64,000 bases of DNA from Patescibacteria group bacterium (GCA_018970465.1 JAGWWI010000001.1:3430-67429), one strand, 5' to 3'. Positions 18,150 to 26,868 are shown, counted from the stretch's first letter. Program-made: numbers and translations. The notes: generated by a model not told the origin, from the letters alone.

Positions 18150-19292
18150 ACGTATCTGCCGTCCGCCACCACGCTGCTCACGGTGGGCGGCGCGGCGGTG
18201 GACGCGGCCGCGTACATCGTCCCGGATGAGCCGGTCGTCGTCGAGTCCGGTGATGCGACGACGACCTTGAGTGCGCCGTCCGATGCGCTCGCGCCGGGCG
18301 GCGGCGTCGACCTCTATACGCTCGGACTCCACGACCTGGCGGCAGTCAACGCGCTCGCCGCCGAGGTCGACGCCAATGCCTCCACCACCGCTGCTCAGGG
18401 TACGAGTATCGCTACGCTCCGGTCCTCCCTCGCCGCCCTCCAGGGCGTGAACCTCGACCTCGCGGCCGTCGCGTCCTCCACCCTCGACATCGCGAGCACG
18501 ACAACGCCCTTGGACGCCGCGCAGGCGTTCGCGCAAGGGTTCTTCGGGAGCCTCTTTGCGCATATCACGAGCTGGCTCGCGAATAGCGGGAATGGGATAG
18601 GCAACCTCTTCGCCGCCGTGATCCACACAAACGAGCTCTGCGTCAAGGACGCGGCGGGCGCGGACGTCTGCATCACGGGCGACCAGCTCGCCGCGGCGGT
18701 CTCGGGCGCGGGCGCCGCCGCGCTCCCCGGCGTCACGACCGCCGACACGACCGTCACGAGCCAGAGCTCGACTGGCGCCGCGAGCACCGCCTCCTCCACC
18801 CCCTCCACCTCCACCGACGTCACTCCCCCCGTCGTCACCCTCCTCGGCTCCGCAGCGATGAACATCACCCAGGGCGCCGCCTTCACCGACCCTGGTGCGA
18901 CCGCTACAGACGACACCGACGGCGACCTGACCGCCAAGATCGTCGTCTCGGGCGCCGTCGACCCCGCAACCCCCGGCCTCTACACCCTCACCTACTCAGC
19001 GACCGACGCCGCCGGCAATACCGGCACCGCCTCCCGCGTGGTCACCGTCACCGCTGCAGGCTCCTCCACCCCAGACACCACCGCCTCCTCCACGCCTTCT
19101 GCAAGCACGAGCGGATCCGTCGCCTCCTCCAACACCGCCCCGGCCGACACCTCGACCGCTCCTCCGACGACGAGCACCACTGATACGACGACCGCACCCA
19201 CCCCGACCTCCGCAACCACCGATACCACTACGACGAGTGCAGCGGCGACGACCGATACCACCGCGAGCGCCCCGGCCGCAAGCGGCAATTAA
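17898..19292 (+). CDS. giant surface protein, C-part: C-terminal split-intein half, extein with DUF5011/HYR-like Ig domain and Ser/Thr tail
   Basis: WRKVSELAPG...WDDIVSI...EEVFDIEVAGTRNFVGNGIYAHN|T; DVTPPVVTLLG...DPGATATDDTDGDLT...YTLTYSATDAAGN. Confidence 0.85.
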   Translation: MNMTMPLKNLSGDRARWRKVSELAPGMLLAVAADEVLARATDGVEDAVLWDDIVSIASVGREEVFDIEVAGTRNFVGNGIYAHNTYLPSATTLLTVGGAAVDAAAYIVPDEPVVVESGDATTTLSAPSDALAPGGGVDLYTLGLHDLAAVNALAAEVDANASTTAAQGTSIATLRSSLAALQGVNLDLAAVASSTLDIASTTTPLDAAQAFAQGFFGSLFAHITSWLANSGNGIGNLFAAVIHTNELCVKDAAGADVCITGDQLAAAVSGAGAAALPGVTTADTTVTSQSSTGAASTASSTPSTSTDVTPPVVTLLGSAAMNITQGAAFTDPGATATDDTDGDLTAKIVVSGAVDPATPGLYTLTYSATDAAGNTGTASRVVTVTAAGSSTPDTTASSTPSASTSGSVASSNTAPADTSTAPPTTSTTDTTTAPTPTSATTDTTTTSAAATTDTTASAPAASGN

Positions 19293-19573
19293 CTAGGTTA
19301 TGCGGCGACTCTGCACAGAGGAGAAGTTCCTGGATGGGATTGAAGAAAGAAGCTGGGTTGCTAAAATGGCGATGGTTGGTGACTTGATGGGGGCGGGCGA
19401 GAGTATCCACACCATAGCTCTCGTTTGGGGTCGTGCGGTCGCGTCTTCCAAAAAAATCTGGTGTGTGCGTAGAAGACGCCAGCGGCGCGCACGCCCCTCA
19501 GCGGTTTCGTCCGTTGCCCCGTCAGTTCGTCAACCAGCCTCTGCAAGACCGTCGGTGATCCAGATTTCGCACT

Positions 19574-20116
19574 ATGCTTAGCCGGTACGACATACGAGGC
19601 AGGGTGGGCGTTTTTATCGACGCGGCGAATATTTTTTACTCGCAGCGCACGCTCGGGTGGCGTATCGACTTTGGCAGGCTCGCCGGGTATCTGAAAGGGG
19701 AGATCGATATAAAGGGCATGTACTATTACACCGGCAAAGTCGGCGCGCTCGCAAAGCAAGTATCCTTTCTCCAGAAGCTGCAATCTCTCGGCTACGAGGT
19801 AACTGCGAAAGAGGTGAAGTTCATAAAAACCGGCGGCGGTGCCCAGATCCCCAAGGGCAATCTTGATGTGGAACTCGCGCTCGATGCCTTCAGGCTCAAA
19901 GAGAATTTCGACGTATTTTTGCTGTTCTCGGGTGATTCAGACTTCGCGTATCTCATCGACCTTCTGAAACAGGCAGGGAAGCGCGTGTTCGTCCTCTCGA
20001 CGCGCGGCCATGTCTCGAAGGAACTGCTTGATCGCGCGAAGTATATAGATCTGCGGCGGCTCAGGGCCTTCGCGGAAAAGATCAAGGGGCCGGACGAGCC
20101 GGCCCCTGAGGTCTGA
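19574..20116 (+). CDS. NYN domain (LabA/DUF88, PIN-like) ribonuclease
   Basis: VFIDAANIF, KGNLDVELALD, LFSGDSDFAYL. Confidence 0.9.
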   Translation: MLSRYDIRGRVGVFIDAANIFYSQRTLGWRIDFGRLAGYLKGEIDIKGMYYYTGKVGALAKQVSFLQKLQSLGYEVTAKEVKFIKTGGGAQIPKGNLDVELALDAFRLKENFDVFLLFSGDSDFAYLIDLLKQAGKRVFVLSTRGHVSKELLDRAKYIDLRRLRAFAEKIKGPDEPAPEV

Positions 20117-20123
20117 CACAGCC

Positions 20124-20151
20124 ACTATATATGACCCATTCTAAACGTCAA
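20124..20151 (-). promoter_or_regulatory. convergent (antisense) promoter TTGACG-N16-TATAGT behind the NYN gene
   Basis: -35 at 20146-20151, -10 at 20124-20129; downstream 9-bp hairpin 20085-20107 followed by UGAUCUUUU. Confidence 0.65.
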
Positions 20152-20586
20152 GTGAATAGCGGCCGGCTCGTGAGGCAGAGCCTCGCGGCGAAGCGTTTCT
20201 CCCTTTTTCTCCCTTTCTTCCTCTTCCTCCCGCTGCTCCCCCTTTCTACCCTTTTCCTTTTCCCCGCCGAAGCGCACGCCTCCGCCTTCACCCGCCCGCC
20301 GAACAATTTGGGCCTCGTCGGCTACTGGAATTTCGACGAAGGCTCGGGCACCGTCGCGCACGACCGCTCGGGGCAGGGCAACAACGGCACGCTCGTCAAT
20401 GCGCCGACGTGGGTGAAAGGGAAGGTGAACGGGGCGCTGTCGTTCAATGGGACGAATCAGTGTGTCGATGCGGGCAATGCCTCGTCGCTCAATGTGAGCG
20501 CCGCCACCGGCATGGCAGCCTGCGCTTGGTTATATCTGAATTCATACAGCTCCAGTACAGCTCTACAAGCTCGGGCATTGATATGA
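20131..20586 (+). pseudogene. truncated LamG/pentraxin-like secreted protein (signal peptide plus half a domain)
   Basis: AEAHA-SAFTRPPNNLGLVGYWNFDEGSG...GALSFNGTNQ; stops before the IDDVRIYNRALS motif. Confidence 0.7.
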
Positions 20587-20639
20587 GAAAAGTGGAAAGT
20601 AAGAAGTATAAAGAAGAAAGTATGGAGAAAAAAGAATCG

Positions 20640-20843
20640 CTACAAATCCCTCGACGAGAGTCCGCTCTGTTTCAAAATCGATCGCAGCGTGCTCTCGGGC
20701 AGATCTCCCGTGTGCATCGGGACGGTGACGCGCCGCTTGTCGTGCTCCCGATAGTAGATGCGGTGACTGCCTTTTTGCCTTTGGAATATGTATCCTTCCC
20801 GCTCAAGCGCGCGGCACAAAGTGCGGGCCGAAACGCCGGCCAT
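20640..20843 (-). CDS. hicA: HicA family toxin
   Basis: LEREGY...RQKGSH..Y.....RVTVPMH..DLP..TL.SILKQ. Confidence 0.92.
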   Translation of the reverse strand: MAGVSARTLCRALEREGYIFQRQKGSHRIYYREHDKRRVTVPMHTGDLPESTLRSILKQSGLSSRDL

Positions 20844-20846
20844 ATA

Positions 20847-21080
20847 CTATCGGGCAATTCCCACCTCGATGCTTCCCAGGAGCGTCGTGTCGGCTTCGGG
20901 CGCTTTTTCACCCGCTGCCTCCATGTCTTCCAAATACAGTTCGATCGCCTCGCGCGCCATCGCGCGCGCCTCGTTCATGTCGGCGCCGTAGGTGACGCAG
21001 CCAGGAAGCGCAGGCACCGTAACGGTGTACCCGCCTTGCGGATCGGATTCGAAGACAAGCTGGAAGGTCTGTTTGGTCAT
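20847..21080 (-). CDS. hicB: HicB family antitoxin
   Basis: GGYTVTVPALPGCVTYG....EA..MAREAIELYLE. Confidence 0.92.
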   Translation of the reverse strand: MTKQTFQLVFESDPQGGYTVTVPALPGCVTYGADMNEARAMAREAIELYLEDMEAAGEKAPEADTTLLGSIEVGIAR

Positions 21081-21116
21081 GGCAGCAGTATAGCAAATCG
21101 TGAGGCAGTAGAAAGT

Positions 21117-21371
21117 ATGAAGTATAAAGGGCTCAAGAGAGCGCTGCTTTGCGCGTCTCCCTTTATGCTTGCTACCTTATTCTTGCTTCCTCCGCTCGCG
21201 CACGCGAGCGTCCTCACCCGCCCGGCCAACAATTTGGGCCTCGTGGGGTACTGGCAATTCAACGAAGGCTCGGGCTCGCTCGCGCACGACACCTCTGGTG
21301 CTGGCAACACGGGTACGCTCGTCGGTTCGCCGAGCTGGGTGGCGGGGAAGGTGGGCGGAGCGATAGTATGA
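21117..21371 (+). pseudogene. second truncated LamG protein (signal peptide plus domain start)
   Basis: MKYKGLKRALL...LAHA-SVLTRPANNLGLVGYWQFNEGSG...GKVGGAIV*. Confidence 0.7.
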
Positions 21372-21372
21372 C

Positions 21373-21816
21373 ATGAGTATGCGAAAAGATTTCGATACAT
21401 GGAATGGAGAGAAGAAGCGCATCAACGAGCACGACACGGGCGCACTCTATTTCTACGAGCGTGAGATCTGGTGGTGTTCTCTTGGAGTGAACGTGGGCTT
21501 CGAGCAGGATGGGACGAATGAGCTATTCCAGCGCCCTGTCGTGATACTGAAAAAGTACAATCCGCAGATTTTTCTCGCTCTGCCGCTCTCGACGACATCC
21601 AAGCGCGGAAGCTATTATTGGCCGGTGGGCATCGTGGACGGTGAACAAGCCGTCGCGATACTCTCGCAGTTGCGCCTTTTGGATTCTAAACGACTGACGA
21701 ATCGCATCGGCATACTCGGCAAAAAGGAATTCGATCTTCTCGTCGGGGAAACCGTCGCCGCGAATTTCCCCACCTTAAAAAGTTCTCCCCCGCCGGGAGG
21801 CGGGGGCAAGCCGTGA
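21373..21816 (+). CDS. PemK/MazF family toxin, no adjacent antitoxin gene
   Basis: EREIWWCSLGVNVGFEQDG....FQRPVVILKK...PLST...ILSQLRLLDSKRL. Confidence 0.88.
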   Translation: MSMRKDFDTWNGEKKRINEHDTGALYFYEREIWWCSLGVNVGFEQDGTNELFQRPVVILKKYNPQIFLALPLSTTSKRGSYYWPVGIVDGEQAVAILSQLRLLDSKRLTNRIGILGKKEFDLLVGETVAANFPTLKSSPPPGGGGKP

Positions 21817-21832
21817 GGCCGTTTGTGACTAG

Positions 21833-21860
21833 AGTATATATGACCCATTCTGAACGTCAA
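21833..21860 (-). promoter_or_regulatory. convergent promoter TTGACG-N16-TATACT behind PemK 1
   Basis: -35 at 21855-21860, -10 at 21833-21838; 8-bp hairpin 21787-21806 followed by AGAACUUUU. Confidence 0.65.
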
Positions 21861-24029
21861 GTGAATAGCGGAAAAATCACGAGGCTAAGCCTCCTGAAAC
21901 ACCTCTTTCCCCCCGTTCTTCTCGTTGCCGCCCTTTTCTTGCTGCCTGCTTCGGCGCACGCGAGCGTCCTCACCCGCCCCGCCAACAATCTCGGCCTCGT
22001 CGGCTACTGGCAGTTCAACGAAGGCTCGGGCTCGCTCGCGCATGATGTTTCGGGTAACGGTGTTGCCGGCGTAGTCGTCAATGGCCCCGCCACCTGGACG
22101 ACGGGGAAGTTTGGCAGCGCGCTGTTACTAAGCTCGGCATCCAATCAACAGGTGCAGGCAACCTCGACTAAGGCCGTTCAATTTTCTACGACGCAGTGCG
22201 CGTGGATAAAACTCAATTCATACAATGGCGGCAATTTCGCCGGAGTGGCAGGCACCGGCGCGGGCGGAACAATCCTCACGACAAGATCATCGAATGCGAC
22301 ATTCGGCGCGTCGATACAAATCGCAAATTTTCACTTGTCGGCAAACAAAGCGGTGTTTATCTACAATACAGCCGGCACTGCGGTGGGCGCGGCGGGTAAC
22401 ACGACCATCGCCCTCAATACGTGGTATTTCATATGCGGTACATTTTCATACACCGGCGGCGGCGGAAACTTCGACGGCAATTGGCAAGTCTATGTGAATG
22501 GAGTCGAAGACGATTCGAGCGCGAATAATTACCTTGCGGCTGGCGGCAATCCCAGTTTCCCCATGAACGGCACCACCTGGAACATAGCCGGTATAGATGG
22601 CGCGATCGACGACGTCCGCATCTACAACCGCGCGCTATCGGCGGCGGACGTCCTGAAGCTCTACCAGCTCGGCACGACGCAAGTGAAGGCGACCCTCGGC
22701 ACCGCGCCCATCGTCCTCACCCCCACCGCCGGCATCGGCAGCGGGCTCGTGGGGTACTGGCCATTCAACGAAGGAACGGGCAACACCACCGCCGACATTT
22801 CCGGCAACAAGAACACCGGTACGCTCGTCAATGCGCCGAGCTGGGTGAAGGGGAAGTATGGGAATGCGCTGTCGTTCAATGGGACGAATTATATTTCTCT
22901 GGGAAATGTAGCGGCACTCAGTTTCCCGAGCACCGACTTCGGCATATGCGCATGGGCCTACCCGATCGAGAACAGCAATTACAGGGAGATAGTCAACAAG
23001 GGAGATAGCGGATCTGCCAGCGGTTCGCAGTATGAAGTACTTTTGGATAACTCGGGGAAGTACGCGTTTAATGTCATGGTGGGAGGTGTTGTTGATCGGC
23101 TGGCCGATACAGCGACCGCTTCTTTAAATAAGTGGGCTTACGTATGCGGTGTTCGCCAAGGGGCGCTCAATTCGCTTTATGTAAACGGTATTTTAAGGAA
23201 TTCGGCATCTTTTAGCGGACCGCTGAACACCACATCGAACGGTGTGAGTATAGGAGCCGCGGGCAACGGAAACACAAGCCTTGCTTTTAGGGGCACCATC
23301 GACGAAGTGCGCATCTACAACAGAGCACTTTCATCAAGCGAAGTGAAGCAGCTCTATCTCGACGAGAGCGTGCAGATCGGGCACAGCAACGCGGTCGTCT
23401 CGAACGGCCTCGTGGGCTGGTGGACCATGGACGGCAATAATTTGATCCAGAACGTGAAGGATTCGAGCGGGCAGGGGAATAACGGCTCCCTCGTCGGCTT
23501 CTCCGCCACCTCCTCGGCCGAAGTCGCGGGCAAAATCGGCGGGGCTTTGAAGTTTAATGGGACGAGTCAGTATATTACTGTCCCAGACACCACCGCGTTG
23601 CGGCTGTCGGGTAATTATTCTGTATCGGTTTGGATCAGGCCCGCAGCTCTAAAAGACTACGGAAACGTGCTTTTTAAAGAATCCCTAATAAGCAATACGG
23701 GCTATGGTCTCATCACCTTCGCAAACGGCTCGTGGGGATGGCAGATCGGCAATACGCTAGATATACAAACCTCCGCCGCGTTGCTAAAGAATACTACCTG
23801 GTCTCTTCTCATCGCGACGTATGACGGAACCAACGTACGTCTCTACCAGAACGGATCGCTCCTTTCGACCACCGTGGCTTCGGCAGTGGCGAGCGATGCG
23901 ACGGCTCTCGCCCTCGGCGCTGATACTGGCGACGGGAGATATTTTAACGGCACTATCGACGACGTCCGCGTCTACAACCGCGCCCTTTCGGCGAGCGAGA
24001 TCCAGGCGCTCTATGCGGCGGGGAGGTAA
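21840..24029 (+). CDS. secreted protein with three LamG/ConA-like domains
   Basis: Signal peptide (ASAHA); three GLVG(Y/W)W...IDD/EVR(I/V)YNRALS units. Confidence 0.9.
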   Translation: MTHSERQVNSGKITRLSLLKHLFPPVLLVAALFLLPASAHASVLTRPANNLGLVGYWQFNEGSGSLAHDVSGNGVAGVVVNGPATWTTGKFGSALLLSSASNQQVQATSTKAVQFSTTQCAWIKLNSYNGGNFAGVAGTGAGGTILTTRSSNATFGASIQIANFHLSANKAVFIYNTAGTAVGAAGNTTIALNTWYFICGTFSYTGGGGNFDGNWQVYVNGVEDDSSANNYLAAGGNPSFPMNGTTWNIAGIDGAIDDVRIYNRALSAADVLKLYQLGTTQVKATLGTAPIVLTPTAGIGSGLVGYWPFNEGTGNTTADISGNKNTGTLVNAPSWVKGKYGNALSFNGTNYISLGNVAALSFPSTDFGICAWAYPIENSNYREIVNKGDSGSASGSQYEVLLDNSGKYAFNVMVGGVVDRLADTATASLNKWAYVCGVRQGALNSLYVNGILRNSASFSGPLNTTSNGVSIGAAGNGNTSLAFRGTIDEVRIYNRALSSSEVKQLYLDESVQIGHSNAVVSNGLVGWWTMDGNNLIQNVKDSSGQGNNGSLVGFSATSSAEVAGKIGGALKFNGTSQYITVPDTTALRLSGNYSVSVWIRPAALKDYGNVLFKESLISNTGYGLITFANGSWGWQIGNTLDIQTSAALLKNTTWSLLIATYDGTNVRLYQNGSLLSTTVASAVASDATALALGADTGDGRYFNGTIDDVRVYNRALSASEIQALYAAGR

Positions 24030-24044
24030 TATGAAGACTGTCGT

Positions 24045-26867
24045 ATGACGCTCAAGCAATCGCACGCTCCCGAAGGCTACAAGCAGCTGCTCGCATACCA
24101 GAAGGCGGAGCGGCTGCAGGAGGCGTGCGCGGCGTTCACGTCCCGTTTCTCCCATTTTTCCCATTCGCCCCATTTCCGCACCCTGATGGCGCTCGCGGAT
24201 CAGATGGACCGCTCCGCCCGCTCGGTGAAGCAGAACATCGTGGAGGGGTGGAAGAGGAATTCGACGAAGGAATACTACGACTTCCTCGGATTCTCGATCG
24301 GCGCGAACGCGGAGCTGCAGGAGGATTGCGACGACATCATCAAGGGCCGGTATGAAATGGGAGGAAAAGGGTTGAAAAGGGAAGAATGGGAGGAAGGGGA
24401 GAAATGGGATATCGAAAGGGTAGAAAAGCTGCCCTTTTACCCCCTTGATTCCCATTTGCCCCTTTTGATCCAGCTCCGGCTGCGCTGCAAAGAATTGAAT
24501 TTCCTGCTCGACAAACTGCAGAAATCTCTCGCCGAGAAGATGCGCGAGGATCACACCCTTTCCGGCGCCGATCGGTTCAACGCGGCTCGCCGCGCGCAAG
24601 CGGAAGAGGATAAGTGGTTTGCAAAAAGTTTGGAGGAGCAAGGGCTCACGCGGCTCTCCAACGGGCAGGTCGTAACAAAGGGAGAAAAGGGTAACAAAGG
24701 GGAGAAAGGAAGCGTCCGCCTTTCCCTTTTTCTCCTATTTTCCCCCTTCCTCCTTTTTTCCTTTTTGCTGCTTCCCGCGCCCGCAGAGGCCGCGCTCACC
24801 CGCCCGCCCAACAACCTCGGCCTCGTCGGCTACTGGCCTTTCGACGAAGGCAGCGGCTCGACTGCGTACGACCGAAGCGGCTTCGGCAACAACGGGACGC
24901 TCGTGAATTCGCCCGCGTGGACGGTGGGGAAGCTGGGCGGGGCACTGAGCTTCAATGGGACGAATCAATACACCACGACGGGAACCACGAGTTTCCCCAC
25001 AGGTTCGTCCGCGCGATCCGTCTTCGCTTGGATTTATGTAGCGGGTTCTACGGGCAACGAGCAAGACGTGTTCTCGTACGGAAACGGCGGAACCACCGTT
25101 CAAGCTTCCAATTTCGGCATGCAAGCTTCGGGGCTCAAGCTCTTTTTTTCGTCTTGGGGATCGGGAAGCGCAACTTTTAACAGCAGTCTTTCCGTGACTA
25201 CTGGCACGTGGCATTTCGTCGGGTATACCCTCACGAGCTCCGGCACCGCCACGCTCTATTTGGATGGAACCTCCGCTCAAGCTACGGGCATGAGCGTTGG
25301 TACGGTCATACCGGCGGTATCGGACGCATCCGTCATAGGATCTGGGCCGAATGGCCAGGAATCTGGCAGATACTTCGACGGTAAGATAGACGACGTCCGC
25401 ATCTACAACCGTGCGCTCTCCGCCGCAGACGTGGCCCGCCTCTACCAGCTCGGCACCGCGGTCGCGGGGCCAACGAAGATCACGAGCCCCACCACCTTCC
25501 TCACCAACGGCCTCGTCGGCTACTGGACTTTCGACGGCAAGAATATGGTCAACAACGTCGCCGACAGCTCCGGCAACGGCAATAACGGCTCGCTCGTCGG
25601 CTTCACCTCGACCACGACCGCCGAGACGCTCGGCAAGATCGGCCAGGCGCTGAATTTTAATGGGACGAATCAGTATGTGCTCGTGCCTGACGCACCAAGT
25701 ATCCGTCTCTCGAACAAGTTCAGCATTTCTTTTTGGTTCAAGACAGCGAACCTTGCTCAAACCAATACCTATATCATGTCGCGCAACAACTCCACGGGCG
25801 GTACTCAAAGTTCCATTATTTTTGGATTCGTGCCGAGTACCATTGAATTCTACGCCTCAGGCTTTAGTGGCTCGGATCCCCGGACCGGTTCTCAAATCAG
25901 CATCTCCGATACCAGATGGCATCAGGTGACCTACACCTACGATGGAACGACGTGGAGTGGCTATCGTGACGGTCAACAGATATTTTCCACCAGCCGCACA
26001 TTTTCGCTCAGTACCGCTTCGCTTGATGGGTGGTACATCGGCTCGGCCAATACATTTGCAAATTTTATCAAGGCGTCACTCGACGACGTCCGCATCTACA
26101 ACCGCGCGCTCTCGGCGAGCGAGGTGCAGGAGCTCTACAACGCCACCGGCGGCGCGCCCACCATTACGCCCGCGGCCGTCGCGGCTGCGGGCCCCGCGCC
26201 CGGGAACCTCGTCGGCTACTGGACATTCAACAACAAGGACATGAACTGGCAGACCGGCATCGCGCTCGACAAGAGCGGCCAAGGCAACAACGGCACGCTC
26301 ATCAACATGAGCACGACGACTTCGCCGGTGGAAGGCAAGGTGGGGCAGGCGCTCAAGTTCAACGGGACGAGTCAGTATGTCAAAGTTTCGAATGGCACGA
26401 TAGTGAAAACGCTTCCCAACTCGTCAATCTCAGCGTGGATAAAAGTCGCGGGAACAGTCGGATCGACCGCTCAAACTATTTACAGTGAAAATGAGCCCCT
26501 GGGAGTCGATTACGGTCTTCTTGTTGAAGGCAGCGGCAACAACGGTTGCGGCGCCAGTACCGCGGGCAGGGCTTCTTTTTATATGGCCAACGGTTCTGAC
26601 CACAACGCCTGCACGACGACGCGTGTCGACGACGGGAAATGGCATTATTTGGTTGCGACGTACTCTGGTGGTTCTGCGATGAACATATACCTCGACGGAG
26701 TATTGAGCGGCTCTGGCACGGGTAGTGCAGCTGCGAGTGCTGCGGCCTCCTACGTCGGCAGGTCCGGGCAGGGAGTCTATTTCAACGGCACCATCGACGA
26801 CGTCCGCATCTACAACACCGCGCTCACGGCCGCGCAGGTCTTGCAGCTCTACAACGCGACGAAGTGA
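24045..26867 (+). CDS. four-helix-bundle domain fused in frame to an internal signal peptide and three LamG domains
   Basis: GYKQLLAYQKA...DQMDRSARSVKQNIVEGWKR...FL.FS.GA..EL.ED; LSLFLLFSPFLLFSFLLLPAPAEA; three LamG units. Confidence 0.85.
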   Translation: MTLKQSHAPEGYKQLLAYQKAERLQEACAAFTSRFSHFSHSPHFRTLMALADQMDRSARSVKQNIVEGWKRNSTKEYYDFLGFSIGANAELQEDCDDIIKGRYEMGGKGLKREEWEEGEKWDIERVEKLPFYPLDSHLPLLIQLRLRCKELNFLLDKLQKSLAEKMREDHTLSGADRFNAARRAQAEEDKWFAKSLEEQGLTRLSNGQVVTKGEKGNKGEKGSVRLSLFLLFSPFLLFSFLLLPAPAEAALTRPPNNLGLVGYWPFDEGSGSTAYDRSGFGNNGTLVNSPAWTVGKLGGALSFNGTNQYTTTGTTSFPTGSSARSVFAWIYVAGSTGNEQDVFSYGNGGTTVQASNFGMQASGLKLFFSSWGSGSATFNSSLSVTTGTWHFVGYTLTSSGTATLYLDGTSAQATGMSVGTVIPAVSDASVIGSGPNGQESGRYFDGKIDDVRIYNRALSAADVARLYQLGTAVAGPTKITSPTTFLTNGLVGYWTFDGKNMVNNVADSSGNGNNGSLVGFTSTTTAETLGKIGQALNFNGTNQYVLVPDAPSIRLSNKFSISFWFKTANLAQTNTYIMSRNNSTGGTQSSIIFGFVPSTIEFYASGFSGSDPRTGSQISISDTRWHQVTYTYDGTTWSGYRDGQQIFSTSRTFSLSTASLDGWYIGSANTFANFIKASLDDVRIYNRALSASEVQELYNATGGAPTITPAAVAAAGPAPGNLVGYWTFNNKDMNWQTGIALDKSGQGNNGTLINMSTTTSPVEGKVGQALKFNGTSQYVKVSNGTIVKTLPNSSISAWIKVAGTVGSTAQTIYSENEPLGVDYGLLVEGSGNNGCGASTAGRASFYMANGSDHNACTTTRVDDGKWHYLVATYSGGSAMNIYLDGVLSGSGTGSAAASAAASYVGRSGQGVYFNGTIDDVRIYNTALTAAQVLQLYNATK

Positions 26868-26868
26868 T

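Larger units (their letters stand above)
20591..21129 (+). repeat. 23-nt direct repeats flanking hicBA
   Basis: agtggaaagtaagaagtataaag at 20591-20613 versus agtagaaagtatgaagtataaag at 21107-21129 (21/23 identical). Confidence 0.8.

Noticed and set aside
19300-19573. 93-aa ORF or ncRNA upstream of the NYN gene (contains the gcgtcttc/gaagacgc inverted repeat)
   Set aside because: No recognisable protein or RNA family; it cannot be supported as an antitoxin from sequence alone
17422-26867. Diversity-generating retroelement suggested by Avd-like four-helix bundles and repeated adhesin domains
   Set aside because: No reverse transcriptase in the window, and I saw no TR/VR pair differing only at adenines
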